From an uncultured delta proteobacterium (GTDB taxonomy: Bacteria > Desulfobacterota > Binatia > UBA9968), in assembly GCA_963745035.1 (NCBI GenBank), contig CAVUVW010000027.1, forward strand, positions 160,001-224,000: a DNA stretch of 64,000 bases, given 5' to 3'. A program made the translations under genes and the position numbers. The notes below the pieces were generated by a model. The model did no database searches and was not told the origin of the DNA. It worked only from the letters and a program-made list of their open reading frames with translations. This document shows positions 31,677 to 41,706 of the stretch, in pieces. Each line of letters opens with the position of its first letter. Within the stretch, counting starts at the first letter, position 1.

Positions 31677-32000
31677 ATGGAAAACGAAAAGGATCGATTT
31701 GGCGATACCATGCGACTTGTGGAGAGGGCTAAGGAAGACATTTACTTTGCCGAGCGCGACCGGGAAATCTTAGAAAAACTGCGCAGCCAATTGCGCAAGG
31801 TCGATACTGCCGAGCCGCGGTCTCAATGCCCGAAGTGTACCGGAAAGCTGGAGACTCATTCGTTCGAAGGTTTCAGCCTTGATCGATGCCGCGAATGCGG
31901 CGGGATCTGGTTGGACAAGGGCGAGCTCGAAGCGATCGTGCGCAAAATCAGCCGAGGTCCGCTCGGCGCTTGGTTTGACGCTGTGGCACCCAAGTCGTGA
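31677..32000 (+). CDS. zf-TFIIB-type zinc ribbon protein with helical N-terminus
   Basis: CPKC...LDRCRECGGIWLDKGEL; RBS ggaggt. Confidence 0.8.
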   Translation: MENEKDRFGDTMRLVERAKEDIYFAERDREILEKLRSQLRKVDTAEPRSQCPKCTGKLETHSFEGFSLDRCRECGGIWLDKGELEAIVRKISRGPLGAWFDAVAPKS

Positions 32001-32100
32001 AGATGAACACGGCTGGAGGCAGATTCAGTTAAGAGGGATCATTCGAACGGCGCAGCGAATGGCTGCTCGTAACCCGGAAGTCCGGGTAAAAAGATGCGAT

Positions 32101-32550
32101 ATGAATCCGAAAATTCTCGAATCTTTGAAATTGGAGCATGACGAGCTGCACGCAGATCTCGTCCGGGCGACCAAAGCCGGCGGCAAGACGGGCGAGGCGG
32201 CGAAAGATGTGGCGAAAGTTCTCCATGATCATTTCGTAAAGGAGGAAGAATTCGCGCTGCCGCCGATCAGTTTGTTGGCTGCGCTGGCGCGCGGCGAAGT
32301 CGACGAACGAATGCGCGGTGTTTTGGTGATGACCGATCGGCTCAAGGCTGAGCTGCCGGATATGTTTCGGGAACATGAAGCCGTCGTGGCGGCGCTAGAA
32401 AGACTAGCCGCGGCGGCGGAGGAAGAAAAATTGCCGGAACACGCGCGCTTTGCGGAAAAGTTGAGGCTGCACGCGAAAACAGAAGAAGACGTTCTCTATC
32501 CGGCCGCCATACTGGTCGGCGAATATCTTAAACTCAAGCTGGCGATCTAG
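32101..32550 (+). CDS. Hemerythrin-like (HHE) domain protein
   Basis: EHDELH, HFVKEE, EH and HAKTEEDVLYP. Confidence 0.85.
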   Translation: MNPKILESLKLEHDELHADLVRATKAGGKTGEAAKDVAKVLHDHFVKEEEFALPPISLLAALARGEVDERMRGVLVMTDRLKAELPDMFREHEAVVAALERLAAAAEEEKLPEHARFAEKLRLHAKTEEDVLYPAAILVGEYLKLKLAI

Positions 32551-32599
32551 ATAGCCTCAGCGCAGCTATGGGCAGAGGCCCGACGAAGGATACTTCTTT

Positions 32600-33097
32600 A
32601 TGCCCGGAGCAATTCACCGCTATCTTGCCGGCGATCACGAGCGTCTCGATACCTTACTCGAGCGCGCCATGTCGGATCCGGAAAATATCGACGCCGCGGC
32701 CTACGCCGAATTTCGCGCCGGTTTGCTCAAGCACATTGGCATCGAAGAGAAGGTGCTTTTCCCGGCGGCACGAAAGCAGCGTGGCGGCGAAGCTCTTCCA
32801 CTGGCGGCCAAGCTGCGCCTCGACCACGGTGCGTTGACGGCACTGCTCGTGCCGTTACCGACGCCGCCGATTGTTGCGGCGATTCGCGCGATTCTCAGGG
32901 CCCATAACACCATTGAAGAGGACGCCGGAGGTGCCTACGAACAGTGCGAAGAGTTGACCGGCGCCGAGATCGATCGGATTTTGCTCGAGATGCGCAATTT
33001 TCCTGATGTGAAAGTGCTGCCGCATGTCGACAGCCAGTTTGTCATGGAGGCTGCGCGCCGAGCGCTGGCAAGAGCGGGCTACAACTTGAAGGTGTGA
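32600..33097 (+). CDS. Hemerythrin-like (HHE) domain protein
   Basis: DHERLD, HIGIEEKVLFP, DH and HNTIEE. Confidence 0.85.
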   Translation: MPGAIHRYLAGDHERLDTLLERAMSDPENIDAAAYAEFRAGLLKHIGIEEKVLFPAARKQRGGEALPLAAKLRLDHGALTALLVPLPTPPIVAAIRAILRAHNTIEEDAGGAYEQCEELTGAEIDRILLEMRNFPDVKVLPHVDSQFVMEAARRALARAGYNLKV

Positions 33098-33249
33098 GTT
33101 CCGCGCTATTGACCAGTGCGCGCTGCCGCGAGTAACCCTACCAGAACACACTGCAATTGAGGCTTTGGCGAAGTAATCGTTCGCGTCACGCTGCGCCGGG
33201 AATAAGATCGCAACAAGGAGCGTGGCCGCTGACTGCGCGACTTGCTGTC

Positions 33250-35539
33250 TCAAACTCGCTCGCGTTTCGGCTCGAATGTGTAGAGCGTGCTTGGTAGCTC
33301 AGTCTCGGCTTCGATCCGGCGCGGGTTCGGATAGCGCAAGGCCTGCCAGCAGAGCCAGACCAGAGGGAAAGCTCCGCCGATGATGAATAGAGCGTCGCCC
33401 GGCAGGCGCAACCATTCGAGAACATTGACCCAGGGCAAATCGATAAACGCCAAACTCCGCGCGTACCAGTAGCCAATGTCCACGGCGTAATAGAGCTGGA
33501 CGATGCCGAGCGGGAAAAGATTGACGAACGCCATCCACGCCAAGCCGATATTCAGAGACCAGAAAGAAATCTTGGCCGCGCGATCGCTCCACCGTTCGGC
33601 ACGCAGTCAAGTAACGCAAACAGAACAGCAGAAGCCCGGCGGCCAGCATGCCGTATACTCCCATCATCGCGGTGTGGGCGTGATTGGCGGTGAGCGCGGT
33701 GCCGATTTCATAATAGCTTACGACCGGCAGATTGATTAAGAATCCAAATACTCCGGCGCCGAGAAAATTCCACACCCCTACCGAGACCAGAAACCAGACG
33801 GCCCAGCGGTGCAAATGATAGCGTTCGGCAGTCTTCTGTTCCCCCGATTTGATAAACGACCAGGCCTCGAGGGACAGCAGCAACAATGGGATCACCTCCA
33901 TAGCGGAGAAAGTCGCGCCGAGAGCGAGATGCGCCACCGGCGTGCCGCTAAAATAGAGGTGGTGCATCGTGCCGATGACGCCGCCGAGGGAGTAGAGGAT
34001 GATATCTAAATAGATAACGCGCAGGGCGGTGCTCTGGCGCACGACTCCCAACAAGACGAACATGTAGGCAACGACCACGGTGGTAAACAGTTCGAGAAAA
34101 TCTTCCACCCAGAGATGCACCACCCAAAAGCGCCAGAAGTCATTGACCACAAAGCTTTCACGAGGGCTCGCAAGCAAACCGACGGCGTAGAAGGCGGGAA
34201 TGGCGAGGGCGGCGTAGAAGAGCAACCACGGCATGTTGCCGAAGTGTTGCTCGCGCAGGGTTCCGCGCAGGCCGCGAAACAATATGAAGACCCAAAGAAA
34301 AAGACCGACGACGAGCAGGATCTGCCAGAGCCTGCCGAGATCGAGATATTCCCAGCCCTGATGACCCAGCCAAAACCAGAGCCCCTCGCCCAACCAGCCG
34401 CGCGCGCCGGCGTACTCGCCCGCGAGACTGCCGAAGACGACGATGGCAACGGCGATGAGAAGCACAATGGTAAGCGCGCCCTGGCCGCGGCGCTCCCGCC
34501 CAGCGATCAGCGGCACAATGAAAATACCGGTTGCGAGGTAAGAGGCCGATACCCAGAATATCGCCAGCTGAACGTGCCAGGTGCGCATGATGTTAAAAGG
34601 TAGGATCGCCGAGAAGTCGATGCCGAAAAATCCTTCCGGTTCGGCGCGATAGTGCGCGATCAGGCCGCCGGTCAAAGTTTGCAAGACAAAGAGCAACGAA
34701 GACACGAAGAGAAACCATACGATGGCTCTCTGCGCCGGGCGTAACCGCCACTTGCTCGATGGAACGGAATTGAACCGGTTTGGTTTCCGCGTCGCTCCAG
34801 CCCAGCCAGTCGTAGCGGCCAAAAAAATACAGGATGAGACCGGTTCCGCCTAACAGGCCGATGATGGAAATCACGCTCCAGATAATGGCATCGGCGGTAA
34901 TGAAATTACCCGCCAGCGGCTCCGGCGGCCAGTTATTGGTGTACGAGTAGGATTGTCCGGGACGATTCGCCGTCGCGGTCCAGGCCGTCCACGCAAAGAA
35001 AGCGGTGAGTTTGCGAATATCTTCGGGATTGGTAATCCACTCGGCCTGTGCTCCGCCGCGCGTTTGTTTTGCAAAAAACATCGAGCGGTAGTGCTCCTCC
35101 ATCATTTTGTGCGCCGCCGCTCTCGGCGCGCTCCAGCCAAGCGAATCCTCCGCCGGGTTGTAAGTGTTTTCGTGCAGCTCGGCGGCAACCCGCTCGCGCG
35201 CTGAGAGATCCGCCGGCGGGCACGCCCGCATAAGCCTCGATGAGAAACTCGGCGCTTTTGTGCAGGTACTCGGCGGTAAAATCGGGGCCGAGATAAGCGC
35301 CATGGCCATAAACCGAGCCATACTCCATCAACCCATAGCGCTGGAAAACATTCATGCCGCTGACAATATCGTCGCGGCTAAACAGGATCTTCGTCTCCTG
35401 CAACGACTTTGGCGGGGATCGGCGGTTGGTCACGGTAGACCAGATAGGCGAGGATGCCGAGCACGGTAAAACCGAAGAGGTAAGTCAGCATCGCTCCTTG
35501 AAACCAAAGAGACGAAATCGGCATGGGTTCCCTTGCCAT
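33250..35539 (-). CDS. norB: Quinol-dependent nitric oxide reductase (qNor), four frameshifts
   Basis: GSVYGHGAYLGPDFTAEYLH, SYTNNWP, RTWHVQ, EYLDLGR, VVHLWVEDFLE, GTMHHLY, FLINLP..SYY and HAHTA spread over successive frames; RBS ggaggt. Confidence 0.9.
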
Positions 35540-35745
35540 AAGATCGTACCTCCGCCTTTCCTCATTCATAGTCCGCGATTTCCATGCAAATCAATGGGGA
35601 ACAATAGCGGAACGCCTATCAAGGTCCTATGGCTGCGGTGCCAGATTGGCTGCGACGCAGTTCTTACTGGTGGCAATGAAACGCGCGGATTCTCCGAAAT
35701 ATGAGAAATATCTTCGTTAAAGACTCGAAAAACTGCGGCTTCGTT

Positions 35746-35760
35746 TGGCATTTCTGTTGC
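35746..35760 (+). promoter_or_regulatory. Sigma-54 promoter
   Basis: TGGCAT-TTCTG-TTGC. Confidence 0.7.
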
Positions 35761-35813
35761 TCCTACGAAAGTCATTGTTTCAACGGAGTTCATTTAGTTT
35801 GCAAGGGGGAATC

Positions 35814-36530
35814 ATGTTTACTGACAAGATCGAGCTCAAAGATCTGGACAAAATGGACGCGGAGTATCGAGATCTGCTGGGGCGTGTGCTGACAATACAG
35901 GCGGATTGTGAAATCGGCGGGCCGCATCTTTACGTGGAACAAATGCTCCCTGCGGCGCCCACCAAGCTCGATCAGCTGATTGTAGCGCGCACCGCCGCCG
36001 AGGAGATCGATCACTTTCGCAAAGTGGCACGGGTCGCCGGAGACATGGGAGTTGACGTTTCTTTTGTGCTCAGCCAGCCCAACGAAAAACGCTTCGTTGA
36101 CTCCTTCCGCGGCTTGATCACGACCTGGGAAGACAACGCCGTGTTCGGGTTTCTGATCGACCGGGTTGGGCGCTACCAGCTTGAGGAGTTTTACGATTGC
36201 AGCTACCTGCCGCTGCAGCGCATCCTTCCAGACATCGTGACCGAGGAATTGGGCCACATCGACTACGGCTACAACAAAACTCGCGAGCTGCTCATGAAGG
36301 GTGACGAGCAGAAAGAGCGGGTGCAGAAAGCGGTCGATTACTGGTACGTGCGCGGATTGGATATGTTCGGCCGCAGCGGATCGAAGCGTGCCGAGCGTTA
36401 TCGTCATTGGGGACTCAAGCGGCGTAGCAATGAGCAAGCACGCGAGGACTACATCAACGAAGTCAATCCGATTCTGTTGAGTATGGGCCTTAGAATTCCT
36501 GATCCTCTCAAGGGGCGACGCTATCTCTAA
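35814..36530 (+). CDS. PaaA/PaaC/BoxB-like ferritin-fold diiron protein
   Basis: QADCE, AAPT, EEIDH, D...YQL, EELGH, AVDYW and LDMFGRS..WGLK. Confidence 0.78.
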   Translation: MFTDKIELKDLDKMDAEYRDLLGRVLTIQADCEIGGPHLYVEQMLPAAPTKLDQLIVARTAAEEIDHFRKVARVAGDMGVDVSFVLSQPNEKRFVDSFRGLITTWEDNAVFGFLIDRVGRYQLEEFYDCSYLPLQRILPDIVTEELGHIDYGYNKTRELLMKGDEQKERVQKAVDYWYVRGLDMFGRSGSKRAERYRHWGLKRRSNEQAREDYINEVNPILLSMGLRIPDPLKGRRYL

Positions 36531-36556
36531 ACAGCAGGTACCGAAAGGAGTGTCCA

Positions 36557-36748
36557 ATGACGGAACCAGCAATGAATACCGAACAGCTCGATACGCATCT
36601 CCTTGAAGTGGTGCGCGCGCTACACGGCGCCGTGAAGCAGGGCGTATCGCATGCGAAGGATCCCGCGTTAGTCGATGCAGCTATCACGGACTGTAAAGAG
36701 ATTCTCGACGTCATCATGGCAGGTAAGGTGGAGGAGTGGTTGAACTAG
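36557..36748 (+). CDS. Small hypothetical protein
   Basis: 63-aa helical ORF with RBS aaggag. Confidence 0.55.
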   Translation: MTEPAMNTEQLDTHLLEVVRALHGAVKQGVSHAKDPALVDAAITDCKEILDVIMAGKVEEWLN

Positions 36749-36801
36749 AAGTTTGCGGGTCACCAGGAGCCACTCGGGTAACTGTTTTCGGGAGGTGGAG
36801 T

Positions 36802-37047
36802 ATGAAAAGAAGAACGAAGGTCGGCATCGTCGTCGGCGCGATCTACGGAATGTCGATTCTGTGGGGCGCGTTTTATCAGTCGTTATCCGAAGGCGCCCTG
36901 ACGATTCTCGCCACGGTCGTGCTCGGGATCGGCGCTGGACTGATCTCCGGTGGCTTGCTTTTCGCCCTGATCGCGATGTGTCCGGCTGAAGAAGAGAAAA
37001 AGGCAGTGTCGTCCGCACATCCCGGAGATTACCGCGCAGCCGCTTGA
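36802..37047 (+). CDS. Small two-TM membrane protein
   Basis: RBS ggaggt; MKRRTK followed by two hydrophobic helices. Confidence 0.6.
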   Translation: MKRRTKVGIVVGAIYGMSILWGAFYQSLSEGALTILATVVLGIGAGLISGGLLFALIAMCPAEEEKKAVSSAHPGDYRAAA

Positions 37048-37155
37048 TACTTATGCAAACGGCCGATCGGAGGAATTCTCTGTTCGTAGCCCATGACAAG
37101 CTTGTTTCTATGACCAAGCTTGTCACAACACCGCATACTTAACAGCCGCCCCTGG

Positions 37156-37320
37156 ATGGCTACGGCCGAGAGCGTTTTGTACGAATTGATCGGTGACGAT
37201 GACGGCGTATTCGGCTGCATGTCGCTGCTCGCCTGCCGCGACCTCTGTCCCAAGAACCTCCCGCTCTCCACGGAGATCGCTTTCCTCAGACGGAAAATGG
37301 CCGCGCAGGACTTTAAGTAA
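37156..37320 (+). pseudogene. C-terminal remnant of a fumarate reductase/SDH iron-sulfur subunit (FrdB-like)
   Basis: [38 protein letters not shown] matches the last Cys cluster of FrdB; the N-terminal part is absent. Confidence 0.7.
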
Positions 37321-37505
37321 TTCAGCTGACCTACCGGTGTTTTTGCTCCGACCCCGATCTGTTACAGCGTCATTCTTTTTGCTCGCTGAGCAGTTACTCG
37401 CGCGGCAGCATTCCTAAACGCGATAGCCGGCTCGATGCGTTTTGCAAAGATGCGAAATTCAATTTCTGCGCGTGGAAAAACATCTGCAGATTCGGCTATT
37501 GACCG

Positions 37506-37520
37506 CGGCATATCGGTTGC
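37506..37520 (+). promoter_or_regulatory. Sigma-54 promoter for the DASS transporter
   Basis: CGGCAT-ATCGG-TTGC; TTTGCA-N4-TGCGAA palindrome at 37441-37456. Confidence 0.6.
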
Positions 37521-37550
37521 GTTGTCAGTCGGATGGGAAGGGAGGTTGTT

Positions 37551-39045
37551 ATGAGCAAGATAATGACAACAGGCGAGATGGGTTCCGGCGCGTTGAGCCG
37601 CTCAGAAAAAGCGGCGCACCCGCTGGAGCAATTATTGGAAGGCTTTAGTGCCGATTGTCGTAGGGAGTGGCGTTGTTGTTCTTGCCGATTCCCGAAGGGC
37701 TCACGCCCAACGCCTGGTATTACTTCGCGCTGTTCGTGGCGGTGATCATCGCCTTGATTCTTGAGCCGATTCCCGCCGCGGCAGTGGGATTGATCGGTGT
37801 GACGGCCGCTACAGTGGGACTCCTGGTGACACCCAAGCCGGCCGACGCCATCAAGTGGGCCCTCTCAGGATTTCAGGACGGCACTGTTTGGTTGATCTTC
37901 GTCGCTTTCATGTTTGCGCTGGGCTACGAGAAGACCGGTCTGGGTCGGCGCGTGGCGCTGAATCTGGTGAAATGGCTCGGCAAGAAGACACTTGGCCTCG
38001 GCTATGCCGTGGCGTTGGCGGATCTCGCCCTCGCGCCGTTTACGCCGTCGAACACCGCGCGCAGCGGTGGCACGATCTTTCCGGTGATCAAGAATATTCC
38101 ACCGCTCTATGGCTCGGAGCCTAATACTCCGACAGCGCGCAAGATCGGTGCGTACATCATGTGGACCGCGTTCGCCACGACCTGTCTGACCAGCGCGATG
38201 TTTCTCACTGGTCTGGCGCCGAATCTTTTGGCGTTGTCGTTGGTGAAGAGCACCGCAAAGGTCGACATCACCTGGACGGAATGGTTCATGGGGATGGCGC
38301 CAGTGGGAATCGGGCTGTTTCTCGATACTGCCGCTGCTCGTCTACAAGATCTATCCGCCGGAGCTCAAGAGCAGCCCCGACGTGCCGGTGTGGGCGGCAG
38401 CCGAGCTCGGCAAGATGGGCCGCATCAAGCTCAAAGAGATCGGCATGGCGCTACTCGCAATGCTCGCTCTTGGGCTTTGGATCTTCGGCGGCGACTTCAT
38501 CAATGCGACCACAGTGGCGCTGCTGGTGTTGTCGTTGATGGTGGTAACCCGCATCGTCGAATGGGACGACGTGCTCGCGCACAAACAGGCGTGGAACGTG
38601 CTCGTGTGGTTTGCCACTCTGGTGACGATGGCAGACGGTTTGAACAAGGTCGGTTTTCTCAAATGGTTTGCCGGCGGCGCGGCCAGCGCCCTGGGCGGCT
38701 ACTCGGTAATGACCATCCTCGTGGCGCTGACGGTGGTGTACTTCGTCGTGCACTACATGTTTGCGAGCCTGACCGCGCATACCACCGCGTTGCTGCCGGT
38801 GCTACTCACCGCGGCGATTGCGGTCCCCGAGATGCCCGTGAAGCTGATTTCCTTGCTGTTCTGCTACACGCTCGGCTTGATGGGGATCATCTCTCCGTAC
38901 GCGACCGGCCCCGGCCCGATCTATTACGGCAGCGGGTACGTGACCCGGAAAGAGTTCTGGACCTTGGGTCTGATCTTCGGAGCGATTTACCTCGCGGCGA
39001 TCCCTGGCGATCGGTATCCCGTACTTGCGGTTCTATCTGGGCTGA
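37551..39045 (+). CDS. DASS-family di/tricarboxylate transporter (CitT/TtdT-like), three frameshifts
   Basis: P.PEGL...AW, GYEKTGLGRR, PFTPSNTARSGG, HYMFASLTAH and SPYATGP.PIYYGSGY. Confidence 0.9.
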
Positions 39046-39072
39046 GATCAGCGCATTCTCCCGAGTGGGATC

Positions 39073-39095
39073 AGGGCTCGCGAAAAGCGAGCCCT
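39073..39095 (+). terminator. GC-rich hairpin after the DASS gene
   Basis: agggctcgc-gaaaa-gcgagccct 9-bp inverted repeat; weak U-tract. Confidence 0.45.
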
Positions 39096-39160
39096 GCGTG
39101 TTTGTGGTCAATGAAATTTCAAGCACGCGTCAAATACCAAATATTTTTGTGATGTGAAGC

Positions 39161-39175
39161 TGGCATCCATATTGC
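39161..39175 (+). promoter_or_regulatory. Sigma-54 promoter
   Basis: TGGCAT-CCATA-TTGC. Confidence 0.6.
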
Positions 39176-39189
39176 GGCAAATTGCAGAT

Positions 39190-40769
39190 ATGAAGCGAGA
39201 TCAGGCTACACACTCACAAACCCGCGGTGCTGCTCAGGAAACCTTAGTTTCCGCTATGCTCGATCCGGCATTTTACCCGAATCATCCGGAGGAAATTCTC
39301 CACAAGGAAACTCACATCTCACATATTTTTCTGGTGGGCGCTCTCGTTTACAAAATCAAAAAGCCGGTGCGCTTTCCGTTCTTAGATTTTTCGACGGCGG
39401 CGAAGCGACGTCACTTTCTCGATGCAGAACTGCGACTCAACCGCCGGCTGGCGCCGGCGGTCTATCTTGGCGTGGTGCCGATTTTTCAAGATCATGGAGG
39501 CTGGCGCCTCGATGGGGGCGACGAGCCGATCGAATATGCGCTGCTCATGCGCCGCTTGCCGGAAAAGCGCATGCTCGACTATTTGCTGGAAACCAAGCAA
39601 ACGAGCGCCGCGATGATGGAGCAGTTGGCGGACCGCTTGGCGGCGTTCCACCTTGGCGCGGAACGGGTGAAGAGAGGGGTCTCGGTCGATCACCTGCCGG
39701 CGATTGCGCACGAGTGGCACAAGAATGTTGCGGAGTTGCGGCCGCTTCTGGCAAATGGCAATGAAGGCGATCTCGATGGCATCGCGACAGCGGGGGATCA
39801 TTTTCTTCGGAGCCATGCGGCGCTCATCGCGCGACGGGCGGCGGATGGCTGGGTGCGAGATGTGCACGGCGATCTTCACGCTGAGCATATCTGTTTTGCG
39901 CCGGAGGGCATCCAGATTTTCGATTGCATCGAGTTCAGCGACGAGCTGCGCCGTTGCGATCTAGCTTCCGAGATCGCATTTCTATCGATGGATGTTTCCG
40001 TTCGGGGCGGCGAGCCGCTCATTCGGCCGTTTGTCGAGCGCTATCTCGGAAAGATCGACGATCCGGATATCCAGTCTTGCTGCCTTTTTACGAATGCTAC
40101 CGCGCTTTGGTGCGGGCCAAGGTCCATGCGCTCCGGCTGGGCACCTGGGGAAAGGAATCAACGCGCTACTTCGATTTCGCCAAGCGCTTCAAATGGAACC
40201 GATTTCAACCTTTTCTCGTGCTCGTAAGCGGATTCACCGGTAGCGGTAAGTCGACTCTCGCGCGCGCGCTGGGCGCGCGGCTCGGCATGGTGGTGATCAA
40301 TTCCGATGAAACGCGCAAGCGTATTGCTGGGAAGCAGGGAAGCGAAATTGTGCCGGTGAACACGGGCATCTATAGCCCGGCGATGACCGAGAAAACTTAC
40401 GAAACGATGGCGCTGGAAGCGGAAAGAGAAGTTCGCGCCGGGCGGGGCATGATTTTGGACGGAACTTTCGTGGCGCGCACGCAACGGGAAAAATTTATCC
40501 TGCTGGCACAGCAGTGCAAGATTCCCTTGCTGGTGATTCATTGCCGAGCATCGGAGGATGCGAGCGCGGAGCGGCTTCAACGCAGGGCCGCGGCCGGAGA
40601 GCACACTTCGGACGGACGCTGGGAAATTTATCTGGCTCAGAAAGCAGCGTACGAGGAGATGGATGAAATTCCCGCGGACTCTCGGCTCGAACTCTGCACC
40701 GAAGCGTCTTTGGAGAAACTTGCTGCGCAGGTGGAAGATTTTCTGGCGGCGCGGCTCGATTCCAAGTAG
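39190..40769 (+). CDS. Bifunctional aminoglycoside-phosphotransferase-like kinase plus P-loop kinase (Rv2004c-like), frameshift near 40075
   Basis: ETHIS, YKIKKPV, ELRLNRRLAP, HGDLH, FDCIEF; C-terminal GFTGSGKST, ILDGTF and SD. Confidence 0.88.
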
Positions 40770-40854
40770 CGCCTCACCTTAACAGAGCTTCGTCGCCTAG
40801 CCCTTCAGACCCTGATGGGACGGCGCTGATTCTCCGTGGTGAAGACCGAGGCCG

Positions 40855-41277
40855 TCAAGTGTCTTCGCTGCCGCGTACCGGACCGCGCATGGATTTTTTA
40901 TCGCTTTGATGGCGTTTGTCGGCAAGCAGGCGGAGCTTGGCGCGGCGTGAGCGCTGCCTCTTTTGCCGGCGAATTTTGGCGATGCGCCGGGCTTCTTCAC
41001 TGGCGACGCCTTTGATCGACGCCTCGATTTTGTCCAGCAAGAGCCGGCGGGCGATGAAACGATTGAGGCCCTGGGAGCGTTCTTTCTGGCAGCGTACGCG
41101 CAGCCCCGTGGGTCGATGGTGCAGCACGACGCAGCTCGACACTTTGTTGACGTTCTGACCGCCAGCTCCCGACGAGCGGATGAATTGCTCGTCGATGTCC
41201 TGCTCGCGAATGCCCATTGCGCGCATGCGCTCCAGCAGCAGGCTCTCTTTGTGCGATGAGACCGGAAAAAGAGCCAT
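40855..41277 (-). CDS. Peptidyl-tRNA hydrolase domain release-factor homolog (ArfB-like)
   Basis: RSSGAGGQNVNK, CQKERSQ..N and a basic C-terminal tail. Confidence 0.85.
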   Translation of the reverse strand: MALFPVSSHKESLLLERMRAMGIREQDIDEQFIRSSGAGGQNVNKVSSCVVLHHRPTGLRVRCQKERSQGLNRFIARRLLLDKIEASIKGVASEEARRIAKIRRQKRQRSRRAKLRLLADKRHQSDKKSMRGPVRGSEDT

Positions 41278-41706
41278 CGCGCTAGCTCAGCGATGGGCCG
41301 AGGGGCTCAGGGTCCTGGCCGCGTTGCCAAAGCAAACAAGCGAACAGCACAGCAGAAATTTGTTTCAACTTTTGCCTCCCAAAAACCATCGATCGCAAGA
41401 GCCAAACCTTTCGTCAGGGACTCTATACCGTTTCTATTCGCTCATGCTACCTGCCATAGACCGCAGTGTGAAGTAACGTTGTTACGATTTCTAAAAACTA
41501 TAATGGCCCGCGGCCGAACATCCGCTCATGACCTTGGTCTTGCGGTGCTCAGCGTATGCGTCAGCAATTTTGAACGCAAAACGAGGCATAATGAGGTGCC
41601 TCCCGGACTACGCTTGTTGCCTTGGACTCCGAACTGCTATGTTTGGAGTTCACCGTCTCGCTTCAACAGCTCGCTGTTTCAGCAGTTGGACGCGAGTAGA
41701 TTCCGT

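Noticed and set aside
33250-35539. qNor as a nitric oxide dismutase (Nod)
   Set aside because: The FeB His pair (GTMHHLY) and catalytic Glu are retained; the Nod-type His substitution is absent.
40855-41277. PrfH-RtcB ribosome repair system
   Set aside because: No rtcB is adjacent; the GGQ domain with a basic tail fits an ArfB-like rescue factor.
41293-41706. 138-aa N-terminal extension of the antiporter ORF
   Set aside because: Low-complexity, non-conserved-looking translation of an intergenic region; the membrane domain starts at MEIFDAEFF (41707).
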